Below are positions 39,029 through 49,283 of a DNA stretch of 64,000 nt, in pieces. Position 1 is the stretch's first letter. The number at the start of each line of letters is the position of its first letter. A model generated the notes under the pieces. The model saw only the letters and a program-made list of their open reading frames with translations, made no database searches and was not told the origin of the DNA. The stretch lies in NCBI GenBank assembly GCA_046290465.1, contig JBKAGP010000001.1:5184001-5248000 (forward strand), written 5' to 3'. The position numbers were made by a program, and so were the translations under genes. The stretch comes from Planctomycetota bacterium. GTDB taxonomy: Bacteria > Planctomycetota > UBA1135 > UBA2386.

Positions 39029-40811
39029 CGTCGGCGTAGCGCTCGGCGACCACGTGCCGGCGCACCTTGAGCGTCTGCGTCAGCAGGCCGTTGTCCGGCG
39101 TCAGCGCGTCGGAGAGCACCTGCACGGTCGCGATCCGGTCGGTCGGGCGGCAGCCGTTCTCGCGCGTGATCAGCCGGTCGAGTTCGCGGCGGTAGAGCTT
39201 CTGCACGGTTGCGTTGGCCAGCACGTCTCCCTGCACGTTCCACTCGGTCTTCGGCACCTCGTGCTCGAGCGCTTCGAAGCACGGCACGATCAGCACGCCG
39301 AGCGCCTTCTGGTCCTGGCCGACGACGACCGCCTGTTCGATCAGCGGGGACGTCTTGATCAACGTCTCGATCGGCTCCGGTTCGACGTTCTCGCCGCCGG
39401 CGAGCACGATCGTGTCCTTGGCGCGCCCGGTGATCCAGAAGTTGCCGTGCTCGTCGCAGTGGCCGAGGTCGCCGCTGTTGAACCAGCCGTCGTCGCTCAG
39501 CACCTCCTTGGTGCGCGACGGGTTCTCGTAGTAGCCGCGCATGATCTGCGGGCCCTGGATCCACAGCACGCCGGTCTCGTTGGGGCCGCACGCCGAGCCG
39601 TCGTCCTTGCGCGCCTCGATGCTGGTGTGCGGCAGCGGCGGGCCGATGTGGCCGGGACCGGTCTGCTCCGGCAGGCGAACGGCCGCCACCGGGCTGGTCT
39701 CAGTCAGTCCGTAGCCGTTGCGGATCGGGATGCCCATGCCGAGGAAGGTCTCGTCGACGTGGCGCGGCAGCGCGCCGCCGCCGCTGACGCAGAGGCGCAG
39801 GCGGCCGCCGAGGTTGCTGCGGACCTTCTTGTTGACGATGCCGTCGAGCACCTTGTGCTGCAGGCGGTCGAGCACCGACGCCTTGCCGGCGCCGACCTTG
39901 CGCGACAGCTGCAGGCACCGGCGGAACAGCTTGCCCTGCATGCCCTGCAGCTTGAGCGCGGTGTTGACGACGCCGTCGTGCAGCATCTCCCAGATGCGCG
40001 GCACTGCCGCGAAGATGGTCGGCTTCGCGTTCTGCAGGTCCTCCTTGATGCGGCGGCGGTCGGTGTAGATGAGCTGGCCGCCGGTCGCGAGCGCCAGGTA
40101 GTCCATGATGCGCTCGTACATGTGCCACGCCGGCAGCACCGACAGGAAGCTGTCCTGGTCGGTGACGTGCAGCACGTCGGTGCAGACGCGCACGTTCGAC
40201 ATCACGTTGTCGTGCGTCAGCATCACGCCCTTGGGTTCGGCCGTGGTGCCGGACGTGTAGACGATCGTCAGCAGGTCGTGCGGGCCGACCTGGCCGCGGG
40301 TCTCCTGCAGCAGGGCGGCCTGTTCGGCGCGCTGCTCGTCGCCGCGGCGCAGCAGGTCGCCGAGCGCCAGCGCGCCGTCGACGTCGGTCGCGTCGGCCAT
40401 CACGATCACGTGGCGCAGCTGCGGCAGGGCGGACTGCATGTCGAGCAGTTCGCGCGCGACCCCGTCGTTCTCGGCGAACGCCGCGCAGCAGCCGCTGTGC
40501 TGCAGGATGAACTGCAGCTCGGTCGGGGTGGTGTCCGAGCCGCGCGGCACGTCGACCACGCCGATGCTGGCCATCGCCATGTCGATGAGCAGCCACTCGT
40601 AGCGGTTCTCGGCGACGAGGCCGACGTGGTCCTCGCGCCGGATTCCCAGGTCGAGAAGCGCGGTCGCCAGCCTGTCGACGTCGTCGACGAGCCGGCCGAA
40701 CGTGATCGGGCTGTGGTCCTGGGCCGTGCGGCGGGGCAGGAACACCCGGTCGGCGCGCGGGCGGACCACCTGGTCCAGGAGCGCCGGGAAGGTCGATGGG
40801 AACGAGGGCAT
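39000..40811 (-). CDS. Long-chain fatty acid-CoA ligase (AMP-binding)
   Basis: YTSGTTAEPKG, GYGLTETSP, SGDLG, GRAKD, T.TLK.RR. Confidence 0.92.
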   Translation of the reverse strand: MPSFPSTFPALLDQVVRPRADRVFLPRRTAQDHSPITFGRLVDDVDRLATALLDLGIRREDHVGLVAENRYEWLLIDMAMASIGVVDVPRGSDTTPTELQFILQHSGCCAAFAENDGVARELLDMQSALPQLRHVIVMADATDVDGALALGDLLRRGDEQRAEQAALLQETRGQVGPHDLLTIVYTSGTTAEPKGVMLTHDNVMSNVRVCTDVLHVTDQDSFLSVLPAWHMYERIMDYLALATGGQLIYTDRRRIKEDLQNAKPTIFAAVPRIWEMLHDGVVNTALKLQGMQGKLFRRCLQLSRKVGAGKASVLDRLQHKVLDGIVNKKVRSNLGGRLRLCVSGGGALPRHVDETFLGMGIPIRNGYGLTETSPVAAVRLPEQTGPGHIGPPLPHTSIEARKDDGSACGPNETGVLWIQGPQIMRGYYENPSRTKEVLSDDGWFNSGDLGHCDEHGNFWITGRAKDTIVLAGGENVEPEPIETLIKTSPLIEQAVVVGQDQKALGVLIVPCFEALEHEVPKTEWNVQGDVLANATVQKLYRRELDRLITRENGCRPTDRIATVQVLSDALTPDNGLLTQTLKVRRHVVAERYADVIAALFRRD

Positions 40812-40985
40812 GCGGGGGTGCTGGGGCGGCCGGGGAAGTTCCTTCGGGTTCTCGTCGATTCGAAGGCTTGACTTCGTCCGTTCGGATCTTTAGGAATGTC
40901 CGCCCTCGTTCGCGGGGTCAACCCTCAGTCCGAAACGCTTCGCGCAGAATCGGGTGGTAGGGTTCCTGCAGACGAGCACCTGGAT

Positions 40986-41060
40986 GCGGGTGTAGCTCAG
41001 TGGTAGAGCATCACGTTGCCAACGTGATGGTCGTGAGTTCGAATCTCATCACCCGCTCCA
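40986..41060 (+). tRNA. tRNA-Gly (GCC)
   Basis: GCGGGTG acceptor stem, D-loop AGTGGTA, anticodon arm TCACG-TTGCCAA-CGTGA, TTCGAAT, encoded CCA. Confidence 0.97.
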
Positions 41061-41063
41061 CTT

Positions 41064-41109
41064 TCTCCGTCGGTGGCCCCCTCGATTCGAGGTGCGGGCC
41101 CGACGGAGA
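41064..41109 (+). terminator. Strong hairpin downstream of tRNA-Gly
   Basis: TCTCCGTCGG...CCGACGGAGA 10-bp outer stem with an inner CCTCGA/TCGAGG stem. Confidence 0.55.
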
Positions 41110-41428
41110 TTCCTTACCGTCGCAACCGCGACGGATCTGCGCCGACCGATCCGCCAGGATCGTGCCAGACCGTGCGCCGCCCGGGCGCGATCTCGCTCGT
41201 CCTCGCGGTGCTCGAATTGCCCCCCCCCGGCGGAATCGGCGTCATCCTGCACCTGTTGGCGACTCGTCGGTTCGGTAAGGCCGGCTGTCCTGGTTGGCGG
41301 TGGTGATGATGACGGGGGTGAGCCTCTGGATGGGGGCGGTGCTGGCCATGGTCGTGGAGGGTGTGCTGCTCCTCGGCTGATCGGCGTCGACCGGGGATCC
41401 TTGCTCGGTCGCTGCGCAGCGGACGGTG

Positions 41429-42067
41429 ATGGACCCGGTCCTCGGCATCCTGCTCGGTTTCGTCGGACTGGCCGTCTGCATCGTGCTGGCGGTCGGGTTC
41501 GCGGTGACGGTGCAGGCAATCGGCCCGCGCCCGGCCGTGATGCGGTGGCTGTGGGGCGCCTACTGGATCTGGTGCACGGGCGTCGCGGTGCGCGTTGGCT
41601 ACGCCGTCTGGTGCTATCTCGACAGCGGCTACGACCTGCTGCGATCCGAGCGAGAGGGCGTCTCCTGGATGGTCTGGGGCAGCTTGCTCGGCGGGGGCCT
41701 GCTGCTGGACTTCGGGTCGCGTTGGGGTGCCGCGTCGCCCGCGCCGACGGCTGCGGCCGAAGCAGAGGAGGTGGGCGAGCCCGAAGCGCCGGCGGGGCCG
41801 TCCCTGCCCGAGGAGCCAACTCCGGAACCGCCGGTGGATGCGCCTCGCACGGTCTCCGAGGCGCTGGGCTGGACGGTGGGTCTGGTCGTCGCCTGCTGCC
41901 TGCTGGCGCTGCTGGTGCGCGGGCTGCGCTGGTGGTTCCCGGAGTTGCCGTGGCATTGGCTGCGCGGCCGCGGCCGTCCGCGCGCCGACGCCGACCCGGA
42001 GGTGCTCGGGGTCGCCGTGATGTTCGTGGTCGGCCTCGTGTTCGCGATGCGTCGGCCGCGCCGGTGA
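41429..42067 (+). CDS. Hypothetical membrane protein
   Basis: About 5 hydrophobic segments with a Pro/Glu-rich linker. No recognised family. Confidence 0.6.
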   Translation: MDPVLGILLGFVGLAVCIVLAVGFAVTVQAIGPRPAVMRWLWGAYWIWCTGVAVRVGYAVWCYLDSGYDLLRSEREGVSWMVWGSLLGGGLLLDFGSRWGAASPAPTAAAEAEEVGEPEAPAGPSLPEEPTPEPPVDAPRTVSEALGWTVGLVVACCLLALLVRGLRWWFPELPWHWLRGRGRPRADADPEVLGVAVMFVVGLVFAMRRPRR

Positions 42068-42231
42068 CGCGCGGGTCGCTCGATGCGATCGGGGGGACGC
42101 GAGATCCGGTGTTCTTCGAGCAGCGTCGACACGCGCCGGCTGCGTCGCCGCGATGGCACCGCCGGCAACCGGAACTGACGGCGAAGGCCCCAAGCTGCCG
42201 ATCCAGCGGGTAGCATCCTCAGCCCGCCGTC

Positions 42232-43356
42232 ATGAGCAAGATCGTCCGAGAGCTTCGCAACTACTACGCCGTCATCGCCGACCTCGCCAGCGAGGCCGAG
42301 GAGTGGACCAGTAAGCCCGGCTGGCTCGAGTTCGCGCCCAACAACGTCTGCAACCTGCGCTGCATCATGTGCCAGCAGGCAGACGGCCTGCCGGTTGAGG
42401 TGATGAAGAAGGGCGACGCGCTCGAACTGCTCGACGACGTGCTGCCCGACATGTCGCTGTGGACGCCGTCGGCGCTGTCGGAGCCGCTGCTCGCCGACTG
42501 GAAGACCGTGTTGAAGAAGTGCCGCGAGCACGAGGTGCACCTCAACATGTACTCCAACTGCACGCTGCTGACCGGCGAGAAGTTCGCCGAGATGTCGGAC
42601 CTCGTGCACAAGCTGTGGATCTCGTTCGACAGCTCCGACAAGCAGGTGTTCGAGATGCTGCGCGACCGCGCCAACTTCGAGACGGTCGTCGCCAACGTGA
42701 AGGAGATCCTGAAGATCGCGACCGAGCGGGGCGTGCCGGTCGGGTTCGTCGCCGTGCTGGTGAAGGACAACCTTGAGATCATGCACGAGCTGGTCGACTT
42801 CCTGAGCGACATCGGCGCGGTCGAGGCCGGCTGCGACCTTCGCGTTCAGCCGATGCTCGACAACGCGGTGCGCTGCCGCGACCAGAACGTGTTCGCGAGC
42901 TACAGCGAAGAGCAGATCTGTGCGGCCCTCGACAAGGCGTGCGAGCGCGCGCTCGAGCGCGGCCTGATCTTCCACGTCGACATGGACGATCCGTATCGTC
43001 GCGCCGTGCAGCCGCGCGCGCCGATGACGCGGCAGATCACCCCCGAGGTGATGTCGATCATGCTCGAGGAGGTCAAGGAGCGCTTCCCGCACTTCTGCTC
43101 GATGGCGAGCAACTACGTCAAGATCGAGCCCAACGGCGAGGTCTACCCGTGCTGCCGCGGCCCGCGCGAACTGCTGATGGGCAACGTCCACGAGAACTCG
43201 ATGGCCGAGATCTGGAACGGCGACAAGTACCGCGACTTCCGCCGCCGCATGAACGCCAAGGACTACCCCGAGGTCTGCAAGGGCTGCGACGTGCTGACCG
43301 CCAACCCGCACTTCGACAAGAAGTGGCTCGAGAGCAAGCAGCCGAGCGAGGACTGA
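42232..43356 (+). CDS. Radical SAM protein with SPASM/twitch domain
   Basis: CNLRCIMC, ISFDS, C-terminal FC...NGEVYPCC...GNV....EIWN...CKGC. Confidence 0.92.
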   Translation: MSKIVRELRNYYAVIADLASEAEEWTSKPGWLEFAPNNVCNLRCIMCQQADGLPVEVMKKGDALELLDDVLPDMSLWTPSALSEPLLADWKTVLKKCREHEVHLNMYSNCTLLTGEKFAEMSDLVHKLWISFDSSDKQVFEMLRDRANFETVVANVKEILKIATERGVPVGFVAVLVKDNLEIMHELVDFLSDIGAVEAGCDLRVQPMLDNAVRCRDQNVFASYSEEQICAALDKACERALERGLIFHVDMDDPYRRAVQPRAPMTRQITPEVMSIMLEEVKERFPHFCSMASNYVKIEPNGEVYPCCRGPRELLMGNVHENSMAEIWNGDKYRDFRRRMNAKDYPEVCKGCDVLTANPHFDKKWLESKQPSED

Positions 43357-43388
43357 TCCCTGCAGCTCGCGGCGCCTGGCCCGGCGTG

Positions 43389-43544
43389 CCGCATACCGAA
43401 CCGGGTTCATCCTGCGCCACTTGGCACCAGCGGAGGGAATGCGCCGACTCGACCGCAGCTTCGACTTCGCGCGTTCCGACCTCGCCGCAGGCCGTCACCG
43501 CCGGGGCGCCAAAAGGCGCAACTTGAACCCGGTTCGGTATGCGG
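43389..43544. mobile_element. MITE-like element or long hairpin with 21-bp perfect terminal inverted repeats
   Basis: CCGCATACCGAACCGGGTTCA ... TGAACCCGGTTCGGTATGCGG, extending imperfectly to ~40 bp. Non-coding, between convergent genes. Confidence 0.6.
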
Positions 43545-43553
43545 TGTTTGGGG

Positions 43554-43982
43554 TCAGGTGGCTTGTTCGGGGTGGGGGCAGCAGACTACGGGGACGGTGC
43601 TGTGTCGCATCAGTGCCGTCGCGACCGAGCCGACGCGGAGTCGTTCGAAGGCGGACTTGCCCTGGGAGCCGACGAACAGGTAGGCGCTGCCTTCGGCGGC
43701 CTTGACGATCGCGCCGGCGATGTCCTCGGCGTTGCGCACGTCGACCTTGCAGGGGACCGGCGCGCGGCGGGCGATCTCGTCGAGTGCCTCCTGCGCGCGG
43801 GCGATGTCGCCCGGCACGTCGTTGGCGAGGGCTGGTGCCAGCATCGGGTCGTGCACGACGTGCAGCAGCAGCACGCTGGCGGACATGGCCTCGGCCCACG
43901 TCATCGCGTGGTTGACGGCTACCAGGCCGGAGGTGGACAGGTCGGTCGCGACGCAGATCTGCACGCGCGCATTCTCGGCCAC
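43554..43982 (-). CDS. Universal stress protein
   Basis: VATDLS, LLHV, VGSQG...GSVA..LMR...PVV. Confidence 0.88.
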   Translation of the reverse strand: MAENARVQICVATDLSTSGLVAVNHAMTWAEAMSASVLLLHVVHDPMLAPALANDVPGDIARAQEALDEIARRAPVPCKVDVRNAEDIAGAIVKAAEGSAYLFVGSQGKSAFERLRVGSVATALMRHSTVPVVCCPHPEQAT

Positions 43983-44025
43983 GCCGCGCGGCGCCGCCAG
44001 AGGCCTTCCGTCGGATCCGCGCAGT

Positions 44026-44676
44026 TCAGCCGAAGTTCCGCCACAGCACGATGCCGAGCACGAGCACCAGCACGATCAGGACGAACGTGCTGAAGCGCCT
44101 CGTCAGCAGGTCGAACGCGGGCTTGCCGAGCTTGTCGAGCAGGAAGACCGTCAGGTAGATGCGCGGGAAGCGGCTGGTGACCGACGCGAGCAGGAACACC
44201 CAGAAGTCGACCTTGTCGTGGCAGACGCCGGCAAACACCGTGAAGATCTTGTAGGGCAGCGGCGTGAAGCCGCCGAGCCACACCCACAGGAACGAGTTGT
44301 CGCCGTACCAGCCGCTGATGTCCTCGTACCATTCGGGCGTGAACCCGGGCACGTGTTCGAACGCGAACTCGCGCAGGCCGTGCTCCCACAGCCAGAAGCC
44401 GAGCCAGTAGCCGACGATGCCACCGAGCACCGACGACGCCGAACACCAGAACGCGTAGAACCAGCGCCGCGCCGGCCGCAGCAGGATCATCGGCACGTAC
44501 AGCACCTCCGGCAGGATCGGGCTGCAACACGCGTCCGCGAACGACAGCAGGCACATGAAGAACAGCGCGAAGCGGCTCTCGGCCAGCTTCGTCATGCGTC
44601 GCCGCCACCGCGCCTTGACGCGGCTCGGGAGCCTGCGCGGTCGCGGCTCGGAGGCTTCGTGGGCTGGGTCGTTCAC
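44026..44676 (-). CDS. YqaA/DedA (VTT) family membrane protein
   Basis: SFAD..PILPE, SVLGGIVGY, FTPLPYKIF, SRFPR. Confidence 0.85.
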   Translation of the reverse strand: MNDPAHEASEPRPRRLPSRVKARWRRRMTKLAESRFALFFMCLLSFADACCSPILPEVLYVPMILLRPARRWFYAFWCSASSVLGGIVGYWLGFWLWEHGLREFAFEHVPGFTPEWYEDISGWYGDNSFLWVWLGGFTPLPYKIFTVFAGVCHDKVDFWVFLLASVTSRFPRIYLTVFLLDKLGKPAFDLLTRRFSTFVLIVLVLVLGIVLWRNFG

Positions 44677-44708
44677 GCGAGGTGCGGGTGGCCGCGCATC
44701 ACAACGGC

Positions 44709-45740
44709 TCAGTCGGCAAGTTGCCAGCGAATCGTCTGGCCCGCCTTCATGGGCACCAATCGCTCCGAACCGAACGGCAGATCTTCCGCGACCTGGTGTT
44801 CATCTCGAACCAACGTCACCTTGTCCGAATTGCGCGGCAGCCCGTAGAAGTCCGGGCCGCGCAGGCTCGCGAACGCCTCGAGCCGATCCAGCGCCCCGGC
44901 GTCCTCGAACGCTTCGGCGTACAGCTCGATCGCCGCGTGCGCCGTGTAGACACCGGCGCAGCCGCAGTCGCTCTCCTTGCGGCCGCGCGCGTGCGGCGCG
45001 CTGTCGGTGCCGAGGAAGAACCGCGGGTCGTCGCCGGTCGCGGCCGCGACCAGCGCCTCACGGTGGCGTTCGCGCTTGAGCACCGGCAGGCAGAACGCGT
45101 GCGGACGCAGGCCGCCGCGGAAGATCTCGTTGCGGTTCCACAGCAGGTGGTGCGCCGTGATCGTCGCGGCGACGCGCTCGCCGGCCTCGCGCACGAACGC
45201 GACCGCATCGGCGGTGGTCACGTGCTCGAGCACGATGCGCAGGCCCGGGAAGTCGCGGTGCAGGGGCGTCAGGTGCCGCTCTAGGAACACGCGCTCGCGG
45301 TCGAACACGTCGACGTCGGGATCGGTGACCTCGCCGTGCAGCAGCAGCGGCAGGTCGACGCGCTCCATCGCCGCGAGCGTCTGCCGCACTTTGCCCCAGT
45401 CGGTGACGCCGTTCTCCGAGTTGGTGGTCGCGCCGGCCGGGTAGAACTTGACCGCGTGCACGAAGCCGGACTGCCGGGCCTTCTCGATCTCCTCCGGCGG
45501 CGTGCTGTCGGTCAGGTAGAGCACCATCAGCGGTTCGAACGACGCGCCGGCCGGCACCGCCGCGAGGATGCGTTCGCGGTAGGCGGCGGCCTCGGCGACC
45601 GTGGTCACCGGCGGCTTGAGGTTGGGCATCACGATCGCCCGGGCGAACCGGCGGGCCGTATGCGGGACCACATCGGCAAGCACGTTGCCGTCGCGGAGGT
45701 GGAGGTGCCAGTCGTCGGGGCGCGTGATTTCCAGCTGCAT
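44709..45740 (-). CDS. pyrC: Dihydroorotase (E. coli type)
   Basis: [42 protein letters not shown]. Confidence 0.96.
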   Translation of the reverse strand: MQLEITRPDDWHLHLRDGNVLADVVPHTARRFARAIVMPNLKPPVTTVAEAAAYRERILAAVPAGASFEPLMVLYLTDSTPPEEIEKARQSGFVHAVKFYPAGATTNSENGVTDWGKVRQTLAAMERVDLPLLLHGEVTDPDVDVFDRERVFLERHLTPLHRDFPGLRIVLEHVTTADAVAFVREAGERVAATITAHHLLWNRNEIFRGGLRPHAFCLPVLKRERHREALVAAATGDDPRFFLGTDSAPHARGRKESDCGCAGVYTAHAAIELYAEAFEDAGALDRLEAFASLRGPDFYGLPRNSDKVTLVRDEHQVAEDLPFGSERLVPMKAGQTIRWQLAD

Positions 45741-45818
45741 GTCTCGAGGGGTGCCCGGGTGGGCGCGCGCGGGCTCGCGGGGGTAAGGTGATATAGGCAT
45801 CCCCCCGCCCCTGCACCC

Positions 45819-47180
45819 ATGCTCCGACATCTCTTTGCGCTGATCTCCTCGTTCGTCGTGTTTGCCGCCTGCAGCGGCGGTGGCTCCAGCGGCACCGCCG
45901 ACGTGCAGACGACCGGACGGGTCGTCGTGGTGGTCGATACGCGCGCGGGCGACGAGGCGCTGGTGCAGTTCCTGGTCGCGGGCGTGACGCTCGAACGCGC
46001 CGACGGCAGCCAGACCGACAACCTGCTGGCGAGCCCGGCGCAGGTGACGTTCGGCGATCCGGCCGGCGAGCCGTGCGGGCTGCCGCTCGAACGCGTCGCC
46101 GGCGGCGAATACGTCGGCGTGCACGTCGTGCTGACGCCCTCGTCGGGCGTCGCGATCACCGACGACGGCGTGATGCCGTCGATCACCGCGCCGCTGTCGC
46201 TGTTCGCGCCGCTGGACGAACGGCTGGCACACGACGGCGTCGGCGACAGCTGGCTGGTCGTCGCCCACACGGTGGAGCCGCTGACGATCCAGGGCGCGAA
46301 CGCGACGTGGACGCCCGACATGGTCGGCCGCGCCTCCGGCGAGCCGGTCGGGCTCGACGGCCTCGTCGCGCCGGTCGTGCGCGACGACACGCTGTTCGTC
46401 ACCGCCTTCGGCGACCGCGCGCTGCGCTGCGGCGAGGACCGCGACACCGAGTACGTCGACGTCGACGGCTCGCGCCTCGATCGCCGCGAGTTCCTCGCCG
46501 GGCTGATCCCGGAGGACGTGTTCTGCGCGCGCGGGGCGCTGCGCCGCGACGGCACCTACGACCTGCGCCGCATCGAGCGTTGCCAGCGGCAGGTGCGGCC
46601 GCGGCTGATCGGCCACGTGCAGTCGGTCGATGCCGCCGAGCAGGCGTTCGTGCTGCGCGTGCAGGCGGCCAACGGCCCGTTCGGCTCGCTGCTGCTGCAG
46701 ACTCCCGAGGACGTGCTGGTGCGGGCCGGCAGCGCGCGCCTCGAACGACCGAACGGCCAGGCGATCCCGTTCTCGGCGATCACCGTCGGCCGCCTCGCCA
46801 AGGTGCGCTGGAGCTCGCGCGACCGGACCGTGCCGGGCCTGCCCGAATACGTCGCCGAGCTGGTGCAGGCGCCCGGCGCCGGCCACGGCATGCCGGCCCG
46901 CCAGTGGCAGGGCAACGTCGCGTCGGTCGACCTGGTCAACGAGGTGCTGGTGCTCGAGCCGCGCAACGGCCCGCTGATGGTGCAGGGCCAGAGCGTGTCG
47001 TCGATCGAGGTCCGCCTCGACGCCAACACCTACCTCGAGCGCCGCGCGGCGCAGGGCGGCGGCCGCTTCGCGATCTCGCTGTCCGAGGTGCAGCCGGGGC
47101 TCGACCGCGCCTGGGTGCGCGGCGTGGTCGTCGGGCCCGCGGCGATCGACGCCGCGTGGATCCGCGTGCGCGAGCAGTGA
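45819..47180 (+). CDS. Putative lipoprotein with repeated beta-rich (DUF5666-like) modules
   Basis: Lipobox FAAC followed by SGGGSSG; repeated G.V.SVD...F/VL..., V......T.Y, V.G modules. Confidence 0.7.
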   Translation: MLRHLFALISSFVVFAACSGGGSSGTADVQTTGRVVVVVDTRAGDEALVQFLVAGVTLERADGSQTDNLLASPAQVTFGDPAGEPCGLPLERVAGGEYVGVHVVLTPSSGVAITDDGVMPSITAPLSLFAPLDERLAHDGVGDSWLVVAHTVEPLTIQGANATWTPDMVGRASGEPVGLDGLVAPVVRDDTLFVTAFGDRALRCGEDRDTEYVDVDGSRLDRREFLAGLIPEDVFCARGALRRDGTYDLRRIERCQRQVRPRLIGHVQSVDAAEQAFVLRVQAANGPFGSLLLQTPEDVLVRAGSARLERPNGQAIPFSAITVGRLAKVRWSSRDRTVPGLPEYVAELVQAPGAGHGMPARQWQGNVASVDLVNEVLVLEPRNGPLMVQGQSVSSIEVRLDANTYLERRAAQGGGRFAISLSEVQPGLDRAWVRGVVVGPAAIDAAWIRVREQ

Positions 47181-47216
47181 TGGAGGCCGCGGCCGCCGTG
47201 CGCTAGGGTGGGCCGC

Positions 47217-48065
47217 GTGAGCGGCGACCTGCGCTTCGGCTTCTCCCCCTGCCCGAACGACACGTTCGCGTTCTGGGCCGCCGTGCACGGCGAGGTCGGG
47301 GACGACGTCGCCTTCGAGCCGGTGATGGGCGACATCGAGACGCTCAACGAACGCGCCGTCGCCGGCCGCGACCTGCTCGAGGTCACCAAGCTCAGCCTGC
47401 CGGCGTTGGCGCGCTGCATCGACGACTACGCGGTGCTGGCCAGCGGCGCGGCGCTCGGGTTCGGCTGCGGCCCGCTGGTGGTCGCGCGCGATGCCTCGGC
47501 GACGATCGACGGGCTCGCCGGTGCCCGCGTCGCGATCCCGGGGCAGCACACGACGGCGTTCCTGCTGATGTCGAGCCTGCTGCCGCAGCCGGCCGAAGTC
47601 GTCGCGATGCGCTTCGACGAGATCATGCCGGCGGTCGAACGCGGCGACTGCGACGCCGGCCTCGTGATCCACGAGAGCCGGTTCACCTATGCGGAGCACG
47701 GCCTGCGCGAGCTCGCCGACCTCGGCGTGCTGTGGGAGCAGGAGACCGGCGGCCCGCTGCCGCTCGGCATCATCGCGGCGCGTCGCGACCTCGACGATGC
47801 GACCTTCGCCGCCGTCGAGCAGGCGCTGCGCGCGTCGGTGCGGTTTGCGCAGGCGCACCCAGAACGGCCGCGCGCCTGGATCCGCCAGCACGCCCAGGAG
47901 ATGGCCGACGAGGTCTGCGATCGGCACATCGCGCTCTACGTCAACGAATGGAGCGTCGACCTGGGCGCCGCCGGCCGCCGCGCGATCGACGAACTGCTGC
48001 GGCGCGGGCGAGATGCCGGGTTGTTGCCGGCGGGGGGCTCGGCCTATCGGACCGACGCGTCATGA
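47217..48065 (+). CDS. mqnD: 1,4-dihydroxy-6-naphthoate synthase (futalosine menaquinone pathway)
   Basis: [46 protein letters not shown]. Confidence 0.93.
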   Translation: MSGDLRFGFSPCPNDTFAFWAAVHGEVGDDVAFEPVMGDIETLNERAVAGRDLLEVTKLSLPALARCIDDYAVLASGAALGFGCGPLVVARDASATIDGLAGARVAIPGQHTTAFLLMSSLLPQPAEVVAMRFDEIMPAVERGDCDAGLVIHESRFTYAEHGLRELADLGVLWEQETGGPLPLGIIAARRDLDDATFAAVEQALRASVRFAQAHPERPRAWIRQHAQEMADEVCDRHIALYVNEWSVDLGAAGRRAIDELLRRGRDAGLLPAGGSAYRTDAS

Positions 48066-49189
48066 CGTTCCCGCTGCTCGCCGCCCTGGTCCTCACGCTG
48101 CCGACGGTCGCGCTGGCGCTGGTCGTCGGCCTGGTGCTGTGGCTGCTGCGCAAGCCGCAGCGGCGCTACTGGCGGTTCGTCGGCTGGTTGCACCTGGCGC
48201 TGTTCCCGCTCTACCTGTTCGTGGTGTTCCCGGCCGCGCTCGGCTACGTCGGTTCGCGCGTGATCGGCACGCGCGGCGACGAGCGCAGCTATCGCGGGCC
48301 GCGGGTGCTCGGCAACGGCGAGCTGCAGCTGCAGAGCAAGCGCACGCTGCGGCAGGAAAGCGCCGCGGGCGGCCCCGAGTTCCCGGACGACGTGCTGGCC
48401 GCCGTCGAGCAGCGGCGGCACTCGGTGCCGACGCGCGACGGCGTGGTGATCCGCGCCTACCGGATCGAGCCGATCGAGGCCGAGCCCGCGTTCGTCGCGG
48501 TGCTCGTGCACGGCATGTTCCGTTCTTCGATGGAGCTCGAGCCGGTCGCCAGGATGCTGCGCCGGCGCGGCGGGGAGTGCTGGCTGATGGACCAGTGCAA
48601 CCACGGCGGCAGCAGCCGCGCGCCGTTCACCGGCGGCCTGCGCGAGAGTGACGACGTGGTCGCGGTGGTCGACTACGTGCGCGGCCAGCCCGGCCTGGCC
48701 GACAAGCCGCTGGTGATGTTCGGCGTCAGCCTCGGCACGATCGCGGTGACGCTGGCCCTGCCGCGCATCGACGACGTCGCCGGGGTCGTGCTCGACGCAC
48801 CGATCGACGACCTGACCGCGGCCGCGCACCGGATGATGACCTTCGACCGGCCGGGGGATCGCCGCTCGTCGTTCTACATGATCGAGCCGTGGCGCTCGCT
48901 GATCCTGACCGCGCTCGGCATGTGGTCCGGCTTCTCGACGTCCGACGTGCGTCCGATTGAGGTCGTCGCGACGCTGCCGCACGACTTGCCGGTGCTGGTC
49001 ATCGGCGAAGGCCTCGACGATCGCGCTCCGCCGCGCACCGTCGAGAACGTCTACAACCGCATGCCGCAGCACAAGGGCGTCAAGGTGCTCTGGCAGGTCC
49101 AGAACGTCGGCCACGGCAAGGCGTTTCTCGAGCAGCCGGCCGCCTACGACGAGGCGCTCGGCCGGTTGCTCGATCGCCTGCGTCGTTAG
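48062..49189 (+). CDS. Membrane-anchored alpha/beta hydrolase
   Basis: 2 N-terminal TM, VHG, GVSLG nucleophile elbow, D (LDDRA), H (VGH). Confidence 0.85.
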   Translation: MTFPLLAALVLTLPTVALALVVGLVLWLLRKPQRRYWRFVGWLHLALFPLYLFVVFPAALGYVGSRVIGTRGDERSYRGPRVLGNGELQLQSKRTLRQESAAGGPEFPDDVLAAVEQRRHSVPTRDGVVIRAYRIEPIEAEPAFVAVLVHGMFRSSMELEPVARMLRRRGGECWLMDQCNHGGSSRAPFTGGLRESDDVVAVVDYVRGQPGLADKPLVMFGVSLGTIAVTLALPRIDDVAGVVLDAPIDDLTAAAHRMMTFDRPGDRRSSFYMIEPWRSLILTALGMWSGFSTSDVRPIEVVATLPHDLPVLVIGEGLDDRAPPRTVENVYNRMPQHKGVKVLWQVQNVGHGKAFLEQPAAYDEALGRLLDRLRR

Positions 49190-49267
49190 GAGCGCGTCCA
49201 TGACGTGGACGCGCTGCCAACCGTGATCGCGGAAGCGGCGTGTACGCTGCGGACGGGGCTTTGCCCG
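49189..49267. repeat. REP-like dispersed palindromic repeat, copy 2
   Basis: Matches 2220-2299 apart from a few substitutions and one indel. Confidence 0.85.
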
Positions 49268-49283
49268 TCAGGCGGCGCTGCGC

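Noticed and set aside
41220..41228. C9 tract as a phase-variation switch
   Set aside because: Shifting frame at the tract meets a TAA (~41276) before the hydrophobic segment, so slippage would not restore an ORF.
42068..42231. RiPP precursor peptide for the radical SAM enzyme
   Set aside because: No small ORF with an RBS or precursor-like composition, and no RRE, protease or transporter nearby.
40986..43544. Integrative element at tRNA-Gly
   Set aside because: No integrase, and I saw no duplicated tRNA 3' end (attR) in the window.
2220..49267. CRISPR array
   Set aside because: Only two dispersed copies of the repeat, no repeat-spacer periodicity and no cas genes.
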